Assembly: GCA_002269645.1 (NCBI GenBank)
Contig: NIVC01001093.1
Coordinates: forward strand, 1 to 61,288
Length of the DNA stretch: 61,288 bases
Direction: 5' to 3'
Source: Macrostomum lignano
Lineage: Eukaryota
Shown here: positions 60,483 through 61,288 of the stretch, in pieces
How positions within the stretch are numbered: the stretch's first letter is position 1
Layout: each line of letters begins with the position of its first letter
The notes under the pieces: model-generated
Seen by the model: only the letters and a program-made list of their open reading frames with translations
Told to the model about the DNA's origin: nothing
Databases searched by the model: none
Position numbers and translations under genes: made by a program

Positions 60483-61099
60483 TTAAAAAGAAGGATCGTA
60501 TTCGTATATCATTTCAACTCGTTTGGCTAGGTAAATCTCGTCGATCAATAACACCACTGTCGTCTCATAGGCATGTAGTCGGTTGTAGCACAATTTGAGA
60601 TAGTCGGAGTTGTCCAGACCTGTAGACCCCATCCTCCTTGTTAATTTTCGAAGGACATTAACTGATGGCAGTATTAGCGATTTGGTCTCCAGAAGCCGCT
60701 GATAAGCTGCCGGACTCACAGAAAACAGAATATAAGAGAAAACGATCAACTCAACGATTTTTTGTGAAACATGATGGCATGCTGGTCGTGCTGTATTGTG
60801 GGAACTGCATCTTCTATTAATCTTCTTTTTACAAGATTGGCACCTTCTTCGTGCTGTTTCTTTTTCCGATATGCATTGCTGTCCTGATTCTCAGTAATAA
60901 AATCTGATTCCGTGAAGTGAAGAGAGCAAATTCGAGTGTGCTTCGATGGCTTGAAATTTGCTTCTCGGGAAATGCTCTTCAACCATTTTTCCAGCAGGTC
61001 GTCTCGATTCGGAAACGTGTGGAATGAAATCCTCGCTGACCGTGCCGTTGCCGACTCGCTGCCGGACTTGCAGCCAAAAACGGCGCATTTATTTGGCAT
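60483..61099 (-). pseudogene. P-element/THAP9-like transposase remnant (THAP domain plus the start of the catalytic region)
   Basis: 61099-60746 reads MPNKCAVFGC...FHTFP...KW...ICSLHF...AVPTI. 60749-60483 reads SPAAYQRL...LPSVNVLRK...VLLIDEIY, in a shifted frame and truncated. Confidence 0.85.
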
Positions 61100-61288
61100 G
61101 CAGAGGACTCAAAACTTCTGCAGAGGACGCAGAGACTTGGCTTCAGGAAAGTCACTCTGGCAAATTAGTGCTTACAGGCTAAAAACAAAATAAGGCGACG
61201 AAGCTGATTCTTCATAGTGGCAATCTAAGTTTGATGCGGCAAGCAAAATCCTATGTCTGTGGCAATCTGCAGTAAGCATTGTTTAGCA

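Overview
This is eukaryotic (metazoan) genomic DNA, not prokaryotic. It has spliceosomal introns, mostly GC-rich exons, and dense minisatellites and nested transposon remnants; the style recalls a repeat-rich invertebrate such as the flatworm Macrostomum (inference only). Host genes reconstructed by hand from splice sites and remembered family motifs are: GNL2/NOG2 (5' part, -), GDAP2 (-), OSER1-like (-), inositol monophosphatase (+), ESRP/fusilli (+), dynein light chain roadblock (-), an intronless calbindin/Cbp53E-like gene (+) and an MFSD4-like transporter (-). The best second-look candidates lie at 37-50 kb. One is a 966-bp element with 136-bp TIRs and a 9-bp TSD that carries an intact, spliced THAP-only minigene (KP-repressor-like) and is nested in a hAT-like element. 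Another is a 1.25-kb tyrosine-recombinase mini-element with Ngaro/PAT-type split direct repeats, whose repeat copies and catalytic Arg show a strong CpG-deamination signature. Also notable are an AT-to-GC switch inside the IMPase gene, a different minisatellite in most ESRP introns (one is an array of 3'-splice-site mimics), and a CORE-type SINE. All assignments were made by eye and no database search was run.
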